Under the pieces are notes generated by a model. The model was not told the origin of the DNA. It did no database searches and worked only from the letters and a program-made list of their open reading frames with translations. Source: Marsupella aquatica (lineage: Eukaryota; Plantae; Marchantiophyta). From it: DNA of 64,000 nt. Position numbers and translations under genes: made by a program. Below are positions 25,501-36,810 of this stretch, one piece after another (within the stretch, counting starts at the first letter, position 1; every line of letters begins with the position of its first letter). Location of the stretch: positions 18,774,508 through 18,838,507 of the forward strand of contig OZ316895.1 of NCBI GenBank assembly GCA_973895155.1, in the 5' to 3' direction.

Positions 25501-25708
25501 ACAAATCTTTCACCAAGATTTGATATGTTTATCATACTAATAATTTGACAAAATCTTGAGTACCCCATACAGGTGGGTATGCGCCAAGGAAATAAAGGAG
25601 AGTGAGATTCCCGAGATGAGGGAACGGTCTGCCCGTGTTATGTGCAATATGGAGAAGGTGTTTCCCCCATGTATTTTTGACATGCAGTTGCATTTGCTAT
25701 GTCATCTG
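22559..25708 (+). pseudogene. CACTA TnpD-like DDE transposase (Transposase_21 and DUF4218-like), multi-exon and decayed
   Basis: NTLP...AKK...IHMCPSGCILYR; DSPAWKHID...EPRNVRLGLAIDGVNP; WPVLLINQNIPP; LDPMHIEVNV; GLKSHDYH; FDMQLHLLCHL. Confidence 0.92.
25242..25523 (-). mobile_element. Short 5'-truncated LINE copy in a transposase intron
   Basis: (GTAATG)n tail and reverse-complement 3'UTR; ATATG on both sides (short TSD or microhomology). Confidence 0.93.
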
Positions 25709-26261
25709 GTTATGCTACCTCTGACATATAGGCTCACTATCGCCATTTGTATTGACTGTTGTCACTCCTGGCATATAAACACACATATTTCATGGCCTAG
25801 GCATCTGTGTATTTGGAGAGTGGGATGGGCTTGTGTTAATAACTTGGTAAAGAAACAAGTAACAACCATACATTTATGCACATGATCCCTCGGCCTTCTG
25901 CTACAAGGGATACCTGTCATTAACGTCGTCCTTGGAATTTTACGTCAATGCATAATTTTCTATGTTGTTTATAGCTATGCCTCCTCGACGTAACACGCTT
26001 CAACGTCATGTACCAAACCATTATCCGACGTTATAACTCTCTTTAACGTTGTCCTATACTTCGTAACAAGGAAAAAATGACGTACTTAACGATGTATGTC
26101 GCGACAAAATTATATTACCACGAGTATAACGACGTTAGCAATTTACATACGACGTTTCATTCAACGTAACAAATGCTTTTCTACGTCAATCACAAGAAAA
26201 AGATACAACATTCAAACCACACAATTTTTGTGACAAATAACATTCATGGATGTGTTTATTG

Positions 26262-26548
26262 CTCGGGGGGTTAACTAAGTGTATATTTTGGGGTACCACG
26301 TGCAATCCTAACGTAATATAAATAGACCTATTTTATAAATAAAATATTCCAAGAATATTCTCCATTTTCAATATTAATAACTTATTTTACTTTATAAAAA
26401 GTATATATTAGAGAATATTCTATAAACATAAGTTTATAATACCTTCTTTTGCCTCCTACGCTTTTTAAAAATTTAGTTAATTTCTAACAAAAATACCTAT
26501 TTTGGATCGCACGTGGTTCCTAAGATTTTTGATAGTCAACCCCCCGAG
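26262..26548. mobile_element. 287-bp MITE with 8-bp TSD
   Basis: Imperfect ~46-bp TIR CTCGGGGGGTTRACTA...ACCACGTGCRATCC; TSD GTTTATTG (26254-26261 / 26549-26556); AT-rich interior. Confidence 0.88.
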
Positions 26549-26641
26549 GTTTATTGCTGCACATAGACCAAATAGAGATACACTATAGCTCTACCATCCT
26601 TTCTACTGCAAATGTAGCCTACATGAGTCATGGTCATCCCT

Positions 26642-27290
26642 CTACAACCTCCCTCCAGACTGATGTTGATTAAGGAGTCCCTTCTCCAGACCAATAGTAC
26701 TCCTCGTCCGCTTTCCTCTTGTTGTACGAAGCACGCCTTTGGCTGGCATTCCAATTCTTCCGGACAACAGCTTCACCAGCCTGTAGCCTCTGAGTCTCCA
26801 CCTCGGCTGCACAACTTTCCTTGTAATCAAACATAGCAATCTGAAGTTCAGTGGGTGACAGCTCACATTTAGACAAGGTGGGAGGGTAGGCCTCACCATC
26901 ATCATCCTCGGGCGAATCTTCCAGACCACGATCACTGCTCGGATGCAACAAGAACTCTCCTGGGTCTAGCTGCTTGTTGGCAAGAATGGAGCACTCTACC
27001 CACCAAGTAGAGATTAAATGCAAGGTTTCAGCGAAATGCTCGATCAAGCCAGCATAGTCATTGAAGTGCTCCACAACCTGTTTCCATGTAAATCAAGAAA
27101 TTGGTCTGTGAGGTACATAGCTTGTCAACAAGCCCTCCACAACAAAAGAACCCTCGAACCATCTTCTCCTCCTCACCAAGTGGGAGGAAACAACAATGCA
27201 CATTTGCAAAGAACTTCCGCACCATAGCTGAACACTTTGCCTCCCACGGTTCAACTTCTCTACACTGAGGACCTTTGATGTCTTCACTCA
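26642..27290 (-). pseudogene. Third CACTA-borne ORF, unknown function (frameshifted)
   Basis: Coding-like composition (EHFNDYAGLIEHFAETLHLISTWW...) within the element, convergent with the transposase; no recognised motif. Confidence 0.4.
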
Positions 27291-28797
27291 GGAATGCTAG
27301 CTATAGTGAGCCTCCCGCGTATAGTTGAGTCTGTCCAATGCTGATATGTGGAATTAACGCCATTTTTCCCGATATACGTATGGTATTCTATGATGACGTA
27401 TCTGCAGATACGTCGTTCCAAACGCCTAAACTTACGGACGTCGTCCTATACATCGTTCTAATTTACGTCTTTAGGAAACAGGTAAGTTACCTTGTCTAGG
27501 AAGACATAATGTGACGTACAATGTATGATACAAGGTAACTTACCGTGTCTTAAAGGACGTAAACTTGTGATGCCTAGCCAGGAATCACTAGGCCAGTTAA
27601 GTGGGCAAACGGAGGTGTACCTTATAAACATATTAGTATAGTAACAAAAACAAGGAAAATATAAACAATTAAGGGTGACTATGGAACCCGGGCTGTGGCC
27701 GAAGGTAAGGACGCCGGGGGAGAGAACACGATTAGGGTTAGGGCACGCTAAGCATCGGTGGCTAGGGGTAACCAACGGGAGGAAAGACCAGAGGAGGAGA
27801 GGGGTAAGGACCGCTCACGAGGAATGGTGGCTCATTTGCAAGCACGAACTGAGCAGACGACTGCGGAAGGCCAACTACTCTCGGCTGCTTAGGCAAGCAC
27901 TCTGGGCGGGAGCAGATACCAATGATCGAGTCAAGGAGGGTATGAGCAACGTCAATCAAGCGGCACATTTTTGGGGATGCCTGTTCAAACGGGCAACTGA
28001 GTATATTGGGACTTACGAGGACGAAGAATCGGAGAGAGCAGCTCGAGAATGGCAGGAGCTCGCTCGACTATGGGAGCTGCAAAAGTCTGCCTTCTTAGGA
28101 GGAGAACTCATCAAGGCCGAGTTCTTGTGGACTCCTACTGCCAATCAGCTCGATGACCTTCTGTTTTGCGAAGACAGAATCATCGGCATTTGGGAAGCCA
28201 TCAACCGCTGCAACGATGCGCACTGGGAGTTGAAGGGTAGCACGGAGGGGTGGACAAAGGCAACTGTGCTAGGAGAAACATCCACGGCAGCCAAGATGAA
28301 GAGGAAAGAAAACAACAACGAAGAGGCCACCCCGGCAAAAAGAACAAGGGTCGGCGGCACCAAGGAAGCCAGCAGAGCAACAGAACGGGAGGCAGGGAGA
28401 AGCCGAAGAGGAGGAGGTTGATCCCATCAATGCCATTCCAACAAAGGATGACACCTGGAAAGGCTGGGCGGCGACCCTACCAGAGGAAGTGCAATTACAT
28501 TTTGCACGGGAGGAGGATGCATGCTTTACGGCCATGCAGACCAAGAAGTACCAGGGCTTCATGGCCGGATCCGGCTTGAAGCCTTCGTAAGATTACCATG
28601 GCTGAAGCCGATGGTGCCGGACTCAGACTTATTAGAATTCGTGGGATCATGGGAACCCGAGACCAATTCCATGAGGGTGTATGGGAAGGATTTCTATCTC
28701 ACTCCCCGGGTGATTGCCGATGGGTAATAAGACCAAGGTTGATACCAGGAAGACCTTACCTGACAAGGAGTTCCGGTCGTTTCCAGGACCATCAACG

Positions 28798-31700
28798 AAG
28801 AAGGTAGCAATTTCATTCTTCCAATCTCAGATGAAAGTGCATGACCCTATCATTTTGCAAGCATATAGGATTGGGCAAAAGAAGGGGGACCTTCCACGTC
28901 CAATCTTGGTGAAGTTTGCAGCTGAATCCGAGAAAGCTAGAGTGATGGCTAACAGGAGCATGCTTAAAGGGCTAAGGATTTGGTTGGATGATGATCTGAC
29001 TCCCACACAAGTCCAAGCAAGGAAAATTGAGCTTGAGAAGGTGAGGGTAGCCAAAGACCAAGGATTGGTAGCCTACTTGCGCAATGGACAAGCTGTTGTT
29101 ACCAATAAGAAGAGAGTTGTTTCTAAATGATGGATTGGGACCTTGAGAATCATGGCATGGAATGTTTCAGGACTTTCCATAGAAACAGCAATTGGAGGGG
29201 AACCTTTGTTTGAGAATTTTGACATCTTGCTTTTCACGGAGACTTGGGAATATGAGGGAAATGCTCTACCTAGCATTAAAGGCTTTACTTGCATACAATC
29301 CATCTTCAATGAGAAGAAGACCACACGGGGAAGAGGGTTTGGAGGCATTGCTGTCTACACCAAGAATCAACTTCAACACATCACCTCTATTGAACATGAA
29401 GATCCCAGCAAGCAGTTCATGGTGGTGAGACTTCATACCAGAGGTACTCCATCATTTCTGATTGTCACCTACTTTGCTCCCCTTAATATGAATGTCTATA
29501 AGATGGGAATTGCTGATGCACATTATCCATTTCATAGGTTAATCCAAGTCATTCATGATATATCACCACTAGGGGAGACATGGATAGTGGGGGACTTTAA
29601 TGCCAGGGTATCTAATGAACAATTTACTGAAAGTGAGGACTTAGGAACTTTACCTTGGTCATCATGTAGTGAAGAGATACCTTGGGTGAGAGAGGCTCTT
29701 GACACCAGAACAAATGACATGACACGTCACTTTTTGCATTTGGGAGCTTCTTGTAATCTAAGAATATTGAATGGGCTTGAGAGATTTCCCCAATCATCTG
29801 GTTACACTTTTAGATCTAAACAAGGATGTAGTACCATTGATTACCTTCTTGCCTCACCTACCTCTGCCACTAGAGTGGTTGACTTTCAAATACTTGATCA
29901 ACAACCAGAGTCTTCACACTTGCCTTTGTTGTTCCATCTTGACCTGACCACAATCCCAAACAAAGTGCATAGAAAGCCAGTACCCAAACCTCTGTTTCTA
30001 GACCCTGATAGAGAAGTCATCTTCAAAGCCAACTTTGAACATCTTCTCCATACCCTGGATGATCAGATTGAGCTCTCAGAAGTCATAGCACAAGCAGCAG
30101 CCTCTACTTTCTCCACCAAACCCCCTAGAAAGCAAAACATGAAGGCTTGGTTTGACGAGGATTGTGCTAGAGCAAGGATGCAAGCAAGATCACATTCAGG
30201 GGAAAAGAGACTTTTGGCATTCACTATGTACAAGAACTTCATCAAACACAAGAAGAGGTGCTTCTTGAAGAGTCATCAACAATCACTATGTGAGGAGTTC
30301 ATCAAACATCCAAAACGTTTTTGGGAGAGAATGCAATCAGGCAAGACTACTCCCCCCTTGGATCACCAGGACCTGGTAACCTATGTCACATCCTTGTATT
30401 TCTTTCCAGATGCTAGTGGCATGCCTTTGCCCCTTGGGGACACCATTCAGTTTACAGAGAGGGAGGTGAAGGTGCATCTTTCCCACATGCAACATGGGAA
30501 AGCTAAAGATCTGTTGGGCCTGAACTTGGAGCTTCTTTTGTGGGGAGGACCCTCTTTACTAACAAACTTGGTGCATGAGCTGAATCAAGCAATGGCTTTA
30601 GGTTTACCTAAAGCTTGGATGACCATAAGAGTGGTGCCTATCTTCAAGGCAGGCAACAAGGACGATGTGCACAACTACAGAACCATCATGGTAGGCAATA
30701 CTTTTGCTAAAGTTTTGGGAGGACTACTTGAAGCCAGATTAAGCTCTTGGTTGGAGAGTGAGATGAAAAGGGCACCTTCACAAGCAGGTTTTAGGAGAGA
30801 ATTCAGCACTATGGATCACATTCTCTGCTTGAGGGTGTTGTGTGAAAAAGCCAAATCTCCACATAAACCATTATTTTGCTTGTTTGTGGACTTCTCCAAG
30901 GCCTTTGACAAAGTTTCCCAATCCAAGCTTTGGGATAGGATGGTGGAGTTGGAAGTGCCTGAAGAGCTCAGGTTGGCTGTTTCTAAATTGTACCAAGAAG
31001 TGCGCATCAAACTTTCAAAGGAAACCTCTGAAGAAATCTGGAGCACTCTTGGGGTGATCCAAGGTTGTCCTCTCTCACCAACTCTCTTTGGCATCTTCAT
31101 TGATCAGCTACACAACATTTTGGAGGAGCATGGTGGAGTTGGCACTCAATTGGGTAGGTTTGTCCTCCAACTTCTTATATTTGCAGATGATGTGGTCCTA
31201 CTTGCTCATGCTCAAGAAGCTTTGCAAAGACATCTCAATGCCTTGGAGGAGTTTTGTCAAGCAACAGGGATGGTAGTCAACCTCAAGAAGACCAAGTGTT
31301 TGGGCATTGGCACACGACAAAATCCAGAGCTCTACTTCCAAGGGAATCTGGTGGAATTTGTGAGGACCTACAAATACCTTGGGGTGGAGTTCTCTCAAAA
31401 CTTGAGTTGGGCCTCATGTGTAAAATCTAGGGCTGCCAATGGGTACAGAGCTTTTTATGCATTCATGAACAAATGCAAAAGAGCTGGTTGGAGGTTAAGG
31501 AAACATCTCTTTGGAGCTTTGGTGAAACCAGTCATTCTTTATGGAGCACCAATTTGGGGAGCAGGTGTGTCTAAATCTGGGTGGCAACAGATTGAGGGGC
31601 TGCAAAAGCTATTTCTTGAGATGGAGCTTGGGATCAAGTCACAAACCCCACATGCACTTACACTTGCAGAGGCAGGCTTGTTTCCTTTGGAGGTGGAGGC

Positions 31701-32487
31701 ACTCTTCCACACACTCAAATACATCATGCGTGTAAGAGAGTTGGAGGAAAACAGATTTCCTTTTCATGTCTTGCGCTCATCTTCAGCTAAAGGGTGGTAT
31801 GCAGATGTGTGCAGGTGGGCCCATGCTTGGGATTTTCCTGAACATGAATGGCCAACACACCCAACCAAGCTAAGAGCAAAACTTGAGCAAAAGGCTTTGC
31901 ACAAACTTTGGCATGAACCTAGCCCACGGCAGCAATACTACATGAGAGATGTGAACCCCATGAAGAAATATCGAGAACAAGAATACTTATCTAGCACTAT
32001 CTCAGTACAACTTAGACAACTTATTGCTCAGTATAGACTAAGCTCACACCACCTTGAAGTAGAACAAGGGAGATGGAAGGATATTGACAGGAAAAAGAGG
32101 GTTTGTCAACTATGTGATAGCTCTAGTATAGAGAATGAATATCATGTATTCATTGCTTGCAAGTTTTATGAGGGGGTTAGGATGGTATCTCAAATCTTGG
32201 TGAAAGATTTGTATGCATTGTTTGGTCTGCCCCCTCAGCAACTTGGAAGATATATCTTTGCGGTGGATAGGGAAAGGAGAATAGGTTTGGAAAATCTTTC
32301 AGGGCTCTCTAGGTCCATAGGGCTCTCTAGGTCCATAGTTTCTTTGAGGACATAGTTGTCCTCTTCTGAGCAATCTCTTTTGGTTGCTCTTTTCTTTGAT
32401 TGCATTGTACTTTACTTTTTGTGGCAGCTCCTTTGACTTTCATGGTCCCGGAGCTTATAATACATTACCATTACCATTACCATTACC
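28798..32487 (+). mobile_element. Longest LINE copy (truncated within ORF1), RTEX-like two-ORF architecture
   Basis: AAGAA duplicated (28798-28802 / 32488-32492); CATTAC tail; excision restores host GPSTK|NGFFR. Clade assignment is an inference from ORF1, the C-terminal zinc finger and the microsatellite tail. Confidence 0.93.
29143..32355 (+). CDS. LINE ORF2: APE endonuclease, reverse transcriptase and C-terminal CCHC-like zinc finger (1070 aa, open)
   Basis: All APE motifs and LIFADD in one uninterrupted frame; 9-nt deletion relative to copy 3 (GLHTW>GW). Confidence 0.96.
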   Translation: MRIMAWNVSGLSIETAIGGEPLFENFDILLFTETWEYEGNALPSIKGFTCIQSIFNEKKTTRGRGFGGIAVYTKNQLQHITSIEHEDPSKQFMVVRLHTRGTPSFLIVTYFAPLNMNVYKMGIADAHYPFHRLIQVIHDISPLGETWIVGDFNARVSNEQFTESEDLGTLPWSSCSEEIPWVREALDTRTNDMTRHFLHLGASCNLRILNGLERFPQSSGYTFRSKQGCSTIDYLLASPTSATRVVDFQILDQQPESSHLPLLFHLDLTTIPNKVHRKPVPKPLFLDPDREVIFKANFEHLLHTLDDQIELSEVIAQAAASTFSTKPPRKQNMKAWFDEDCARARMQARSHSGEKRLLAFTMYKNFIKHKKRCFLKSHQQSLCEEFIKHPKRFWERMQSGKTTPPLDHQDLVTYVTSLYFFPDASGMPLPLGDTIQFTEREVKVHLSHMQHGKAKDLLGLNLELLLWGGPSLLTNLVHELNQAMALGLPKAWMTIRVVPIFKAGNKDDVHNYRTIMVGNTFAKVLGGLLEARLSSWLESEMKRAPSQAGFRREFSTMDHILCLRVLCEKAKSPHKPLFCLFVDFSKAFDKVSQSKLWDRMVELEVPEELRLAVSKLYQEVRIKLSKETSEEIWSTLGVIQGCPLSPTLFGIFIDQLHNILEEHGGVGTQLGRFVLQLLIFADDVVLLAHAQEALQRHLNALEEFCQATGMVVNLKKTKCLGIGTRQNPELYFQGNLVEFVRTYKYLGVEFSQNLSWASCVKSRAANGYRAFYAFMNKCKRAGWRLRKHLFGALVKPVILYGAPIWGAGVSKSGWQQIEGLQKLFLEMELGIKSQTPHALTLAEAGLFPLEVEALFHTLKYIMRVRELEENRFPFHVLRSSSAKGWYADVCRWAHAWDFPEHEWPTHPTKLRAKLEQKALHKLWHEPSPRQQYYMRDVNPMKKYREQEYLSSTISVQLRQLIAQYRLSSHHLEVEQGRWKDIDRKKRVCQLCDSSSIENEYHVFIACKFYEGVRMVSQILVKDLYALFGLPPQQLGRYIFAVDRERRIGLENLSGLSRSIGLSRSIVSLRT

Positions 32488-35400
32488 AAGAATGGCTTCT
32501 TTCGGAACACCTGCACCAACCCGCACATCGGAGAGATGATTGATTTCTTGCGGGTGACCATGCATTGTAACTTGCCGAGGGTAGAGATCGGCAAGGCTCA
32601 GGTCTACCTGGCAGAAAGGCCAGACCCAAGCCGGGATTACAATGGGTACCTCCTCAACCAACTGAAGAAGATCTTGAAGGAGGAACAGCAGGTGATCGGC
32701 GTGGGAAGCGTGTCCCGACTTGGCTATCACATGAAGCTGTTGTGCCGGTATGCCGGAAGTCAAATCTTTGCCCCAGTACTTCCCCTATCGATAAGGGCAC
32801 CGAAGGAGATTCTGGAGCAGAGGCCGGCAACAGAAGAGCCCAACCAGCCTGCCAGTCCTACGATCGAGCAGGTGTTTCGGCCAAGGAAAGAAGAATTGCC
32901 GATGCAGCAATCAGGCATGTAGAAACTGCTGAAATTGCTGGAGAAGGAGAGAACGGCACCGGCAACGGCACCGCCAACGGCAACGGCACCGGTACAGGAC
33001 ACTACCCCAGAGGCCGGCCTAAGCCGACTCAGGAGGGAAAACCCCTTTACCGGAGCCAACGAGAGAAGGAGGCCGGAACACAAGCCGGGAGTTTGAATGT
33101 ATGTGGGAGCCTCAAGCCCCGAATCGAAGGCAGAGCAGTCTAAGGCTCCTTCCCGCGGAAAGCAGGGGGAGAGGACAGCCTGGAAACCAAAGGAGGAACT
33201 AGAGCCCGTGATCTGTGAGGCCGTTTTCATGGCAGGACCAGGGGAACAGAGGGGGAAGCCGGGAGTCCAAGCAGTGGAGGAGGTGGTGGAGGACTATAGC
33301 AATGATAACTCCGGCTATGGGTCGGATCATCATGTTCCAGGAGTAAGGACCTGTGGCCGGTTTATCCCCACGCTTCCAAGAATAGTTTGAGGGGACCCCA
33401 ACTAGCAGAGTAGCCCCGAGTCTCCCCCACCAGAGGTTGCTCCCCCGAGCTTTGACGGCATAAAGCAGACGGCACAAGATTTTCAAGAGCGACTTAGGGA
33501 GGAAGAGAAAGCAGCCCTGGCTAGGGAGAAAGATTTATCAAGAGGAGATTGGTCGGAGGACATCAGGCGGCTTGCCAAAAAAAGAAGCAACCCTCTTGCC
33601 ACCGTAGAAGAAATCCGCAAGGCGGCTTGGGAACAGAGGCCGAGGTGGTTGATGCCGATGACTTCTACTTACTCCACCTATGCTAAAGATAGAGCCATGG
33701 AGTACGGGGAGATGTGTGGGGACCTGGCGCTCAGCATCTTTGGGGAGGAGTTGGAGCAGGGACCTTTCTTCCAGAGGGAGAGGTTGGAGAAGCACCGATT
33801 AGAAGAAGCGATGGCTTTGGAGAGAAGCAAGAAGGACAAGGTCATCCGGCGGCTTAGGGAGATGGAAGCCGAGGTGGAAGACCTGCAGGCGGCTAAGAAA
33901 GCCCAAGATGAGCTGCAGATTAAGCGGCATGAGCTAAACATCATGCAAGGACAATTGGATGCCGCTCAGTCTGGCAATCAGATTATCAAGGATAAACTGA
34001 CTCGGACCCAAGGAGAGTTGGCCAGTGTGGTCAAGGATAGGGAAAAGTGAAAGCAGGAGCTGAGGGACGCAGAGGAGGCCCACATAACCGCCAACAACCG
34101 GGCCATGGCGGAGACTCAGAGAAGGGAGAGGGCGTTGAAAGGAGAGTTGGAGGATATCCGCAGAGCCCTTGAGCAGAAGGAAGCCGAGTTAGGGAAATCC
34201 TATCAAGGGATTATTGCGCTGCAACAGGAGCTTGCGTCCCTGATAGCCAGCTTCAAGGTCAACCTGCGTGAGAAGGACGACCAGCTCGACCAGACTTATG
34301 CCAAGATGAATAAGATGGAGTCTAAGGTCGTAGCGGAGCTCGACAAGGAGCTAAGAGCAACCCAAGAGGAGAGGGCTACCTTAAAATTGGAATTGGAAGA
34401 AGCCAGAAAGGAGCTGTAGGAGGGACGGAAGGACCTGGAGGAAGCCCAGGAGGAGTTGGAGGAAACCACTAGGAAGATGGAGAACTTACAACGGCGGGCC
34501 GACAACCAAACGGAGCGGTTGAAGAAACAGGCCGCAGTATTTAAGTGCTTAGCTTCATCTGGTCCAACTCCAATTGTGGGAACTCCGTTACCAGGAGGGG
34601 TACTGGCCGAAAGACAAGCCGAGACACACGCCTCGGTGCCGGAGGTAGGTAGCAAGGGGAAGGGACCAGCTACCAAAACAGGGAAGAAGAAGAAGCGGAA
34701 ACCTTCTGGGTCTGGGAGTTATACGGCTTACCAAGCCATTGTGACCCAGGAGGTCAACCCGACACCAACCTTCGGCATGATTACGGCAGTAGATCCACCT
34801 GTTGAAGAAGGTGGGGATGACAAGGTCAAGGCCGGAACAGCTATTGATGAAGCCGAGGTACCGGATCCTCCACTAGAACATGTCGGGGAGGCCGAAGCCG
34901 TATCGAGGGCCGTGACCGATGCTGGGGCCGAAGCCGAGGGTGGACCCAGTCAAGCTGATGAAGAGTTGACTCGGTCCGAGGCAGGTAATCTGTCAGAGGA
35001 CGGACCGACGGCAGTGGCTGCGGGGGAAGCGTTGGGGGCATCCATTGAGGATCCGCCACCGGTGTCGTGACGGTGCAAAGGCGCCGTTCCTTTTAGGAAG
35101 GGCGGACGTGGAGGTAGGAGGCGTGAGTGGGCAGGGCGGGCTCAGATCTCCAAGTTTAGGATTAGGATCAAGACCAGGAGACGGCCCTGACACTTAGATT
35201 AGTGGGATGGCGGATCCACTGGTAGGAGCAACACTTGTGCTCTTGCCTCGCTGTACAGTTAGGTAGATTACAGGTAGGATAGATTAAGCTTACCCAATGA
35301 AGTTCTGGACAGATCCGCTGCCAGGATAAATACCTGGGCAGCGGGGAGTCAAGGGTCTCTTCTTTAACAAGTTTTTAGTTGCACCAGCAGGGCTGGGATC

Positions 35401-36810
35401 AAGTAGTAAGAGAAGCTCTCGGTTAGTTATACAATGACCCTTGTGTATATTCATGTTTCCTCATGCCTAAGAACTGAATAGAGTTGGCCTCACGGCTTAG
35501 TTTGCAGAGCTTGTGTATGAGATGTATTGTTTGTATGGCAAGTACATGGTATAACTCAGTCAGAAGGAGTCATTTTGCTATTTGTGTGTCGCATTAACTT
35601 GTGTGAAGAGTGCCCACATCATAAAGGGAAGTAACAAAGGAGTGAGAGTTGGATGTGTCGAGCTGAGAGAGGTCTTAGCGGCTTAACCAAGCCAATTGGG
35701 GATCATTCCGGCGGCGGAATCCAAACATACCTAATGGAAGACCAGGAGAGGAATACCAGGGAAGGCCTAGAATAGGCCGACTAAGTATCTCATGACCCAA
35801 TGAAGGATCTGTCCAGTATATGTGTGTAAAATGTTAATAGTAGTAGAAGGAAGGTTAGCAGCGTCCCATGCCGCTAAGCCGCGAAAACGGCCTCGCCGAG
35901 GACGAAACCTGCGGGAATCGGCTTGGGCAAGGGGGTTTTCTTGGGTTTGGGGAGCCATGGGACGCACCACAAAACTTAACGTCATGACAATCGACGTTAT
36001 CTGATCCCGTTGAATCTCTGGACGACATCCCACAACAGTCCAGAGATTTACGACGTATAGTCCAACGTTAATGGAAGGAGCTTCTTCTTGGGTTAGGTTC
36101 AACCTGGTCCCGAAATGCAAAAATGTAGTTGTGCTTGGTCCAAGCCGAAGTGTGACCCTTCAACTCCCACACCGGCTGTCCAGCATTCTTAATCGCCTCC
36201 CAAATTCCAATAACTTGATTCTCTCTGATCAGCAACTCGTCAAGCTCGGCACTGGTGGGAATCCATACAAATTTCTCAAGTACCTCCTCCATTCCCACAA
36301 ACGTCGTCTTATGAATTCCCCATAATTGCGCAAGCTCTGCCCGTTCCCTTGCTGCTCGTTCTGGCTCGACGTCTTCGTAAGTTGGTATGAGCTGTCGTGC
36401 TTCTTCAAGCAAACAGCCCCAAAACTTGGCCGCTTGATTCACCGTGGTCATTCCACCGAAAGAAAAAGGAGCCTGAACAATTCCCTAACCACCTCCCTTG
36501 ATCGATCAGCAGCTGCTTCCGCCTCCCTAAGTTGATCGAACAAGCAAATGAGCAAGTGTACAGAGTGTCGGTCCCCTCCCTGCAAAGCCGCCTCCTGATG
36601 GCTTGCCTGATCAAACCCGGATTAGGTCATAACCCTAATCCCGCTCAATCGCGACCATTGGATCTTACCTTATCGCAATCCTCCTCATAACACATTGCAA
36701 TCGGCTTTGGTCTTTATTCCTACCTTATACTATTTAGCCATTATTTTTATTTAGCCATTATTTTAGGCTTAACTAAGTACTTTGTGATCCTGGCAAGGCA
36801 TCACACCAAG

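Larger units (their letters stand above)
27566..35971 (+). mobile_element. Second copy of the coding TG..CA element (about 4.7 kb net) with a LINE insertion
   Basis: Same termini as 15555-20254; 5-bp TSD AAACT (27561-27565 / 35972-35976). Confidence 0.92.
13148..36133. mobile_element. CACTA/EnSpm-superfamily transposon with variant CACAA termini (about 9.5 kb net)
   Basis: Perfect 12-bp TIR CACAACTACATT / AATGTAGTTGTG; 3-bp TSD CTT (13145-13147 / 36134-36136); excision rejoins the host ORF WTK|EAILGE; encodes TnpD-like and TnpA-like genes. Confidence 0.93.
6597..36805 (-). mobile_element. Divergent 4.7-kb (net) coding TG..CA element (solo-LTR-like) carrying nested insertions
   Basis: Ends TGTGGTGC...GCATCACA match the termini of 15555-20254 and 27566-35971; 5-bp TSD CCAAG (6592-6596 / 36806-36810); homologous ORF pieces at 7668-8337, 10837-13147 and 36134-36451. 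Confidence 0.9.

Noticed and set aside
28714-29130. Novel fusion gene (also the ORFs starting at 16 and 56190)
   Set aside because: These are chance in-frame junctions between host sequence and 5'-truncated LINEs.
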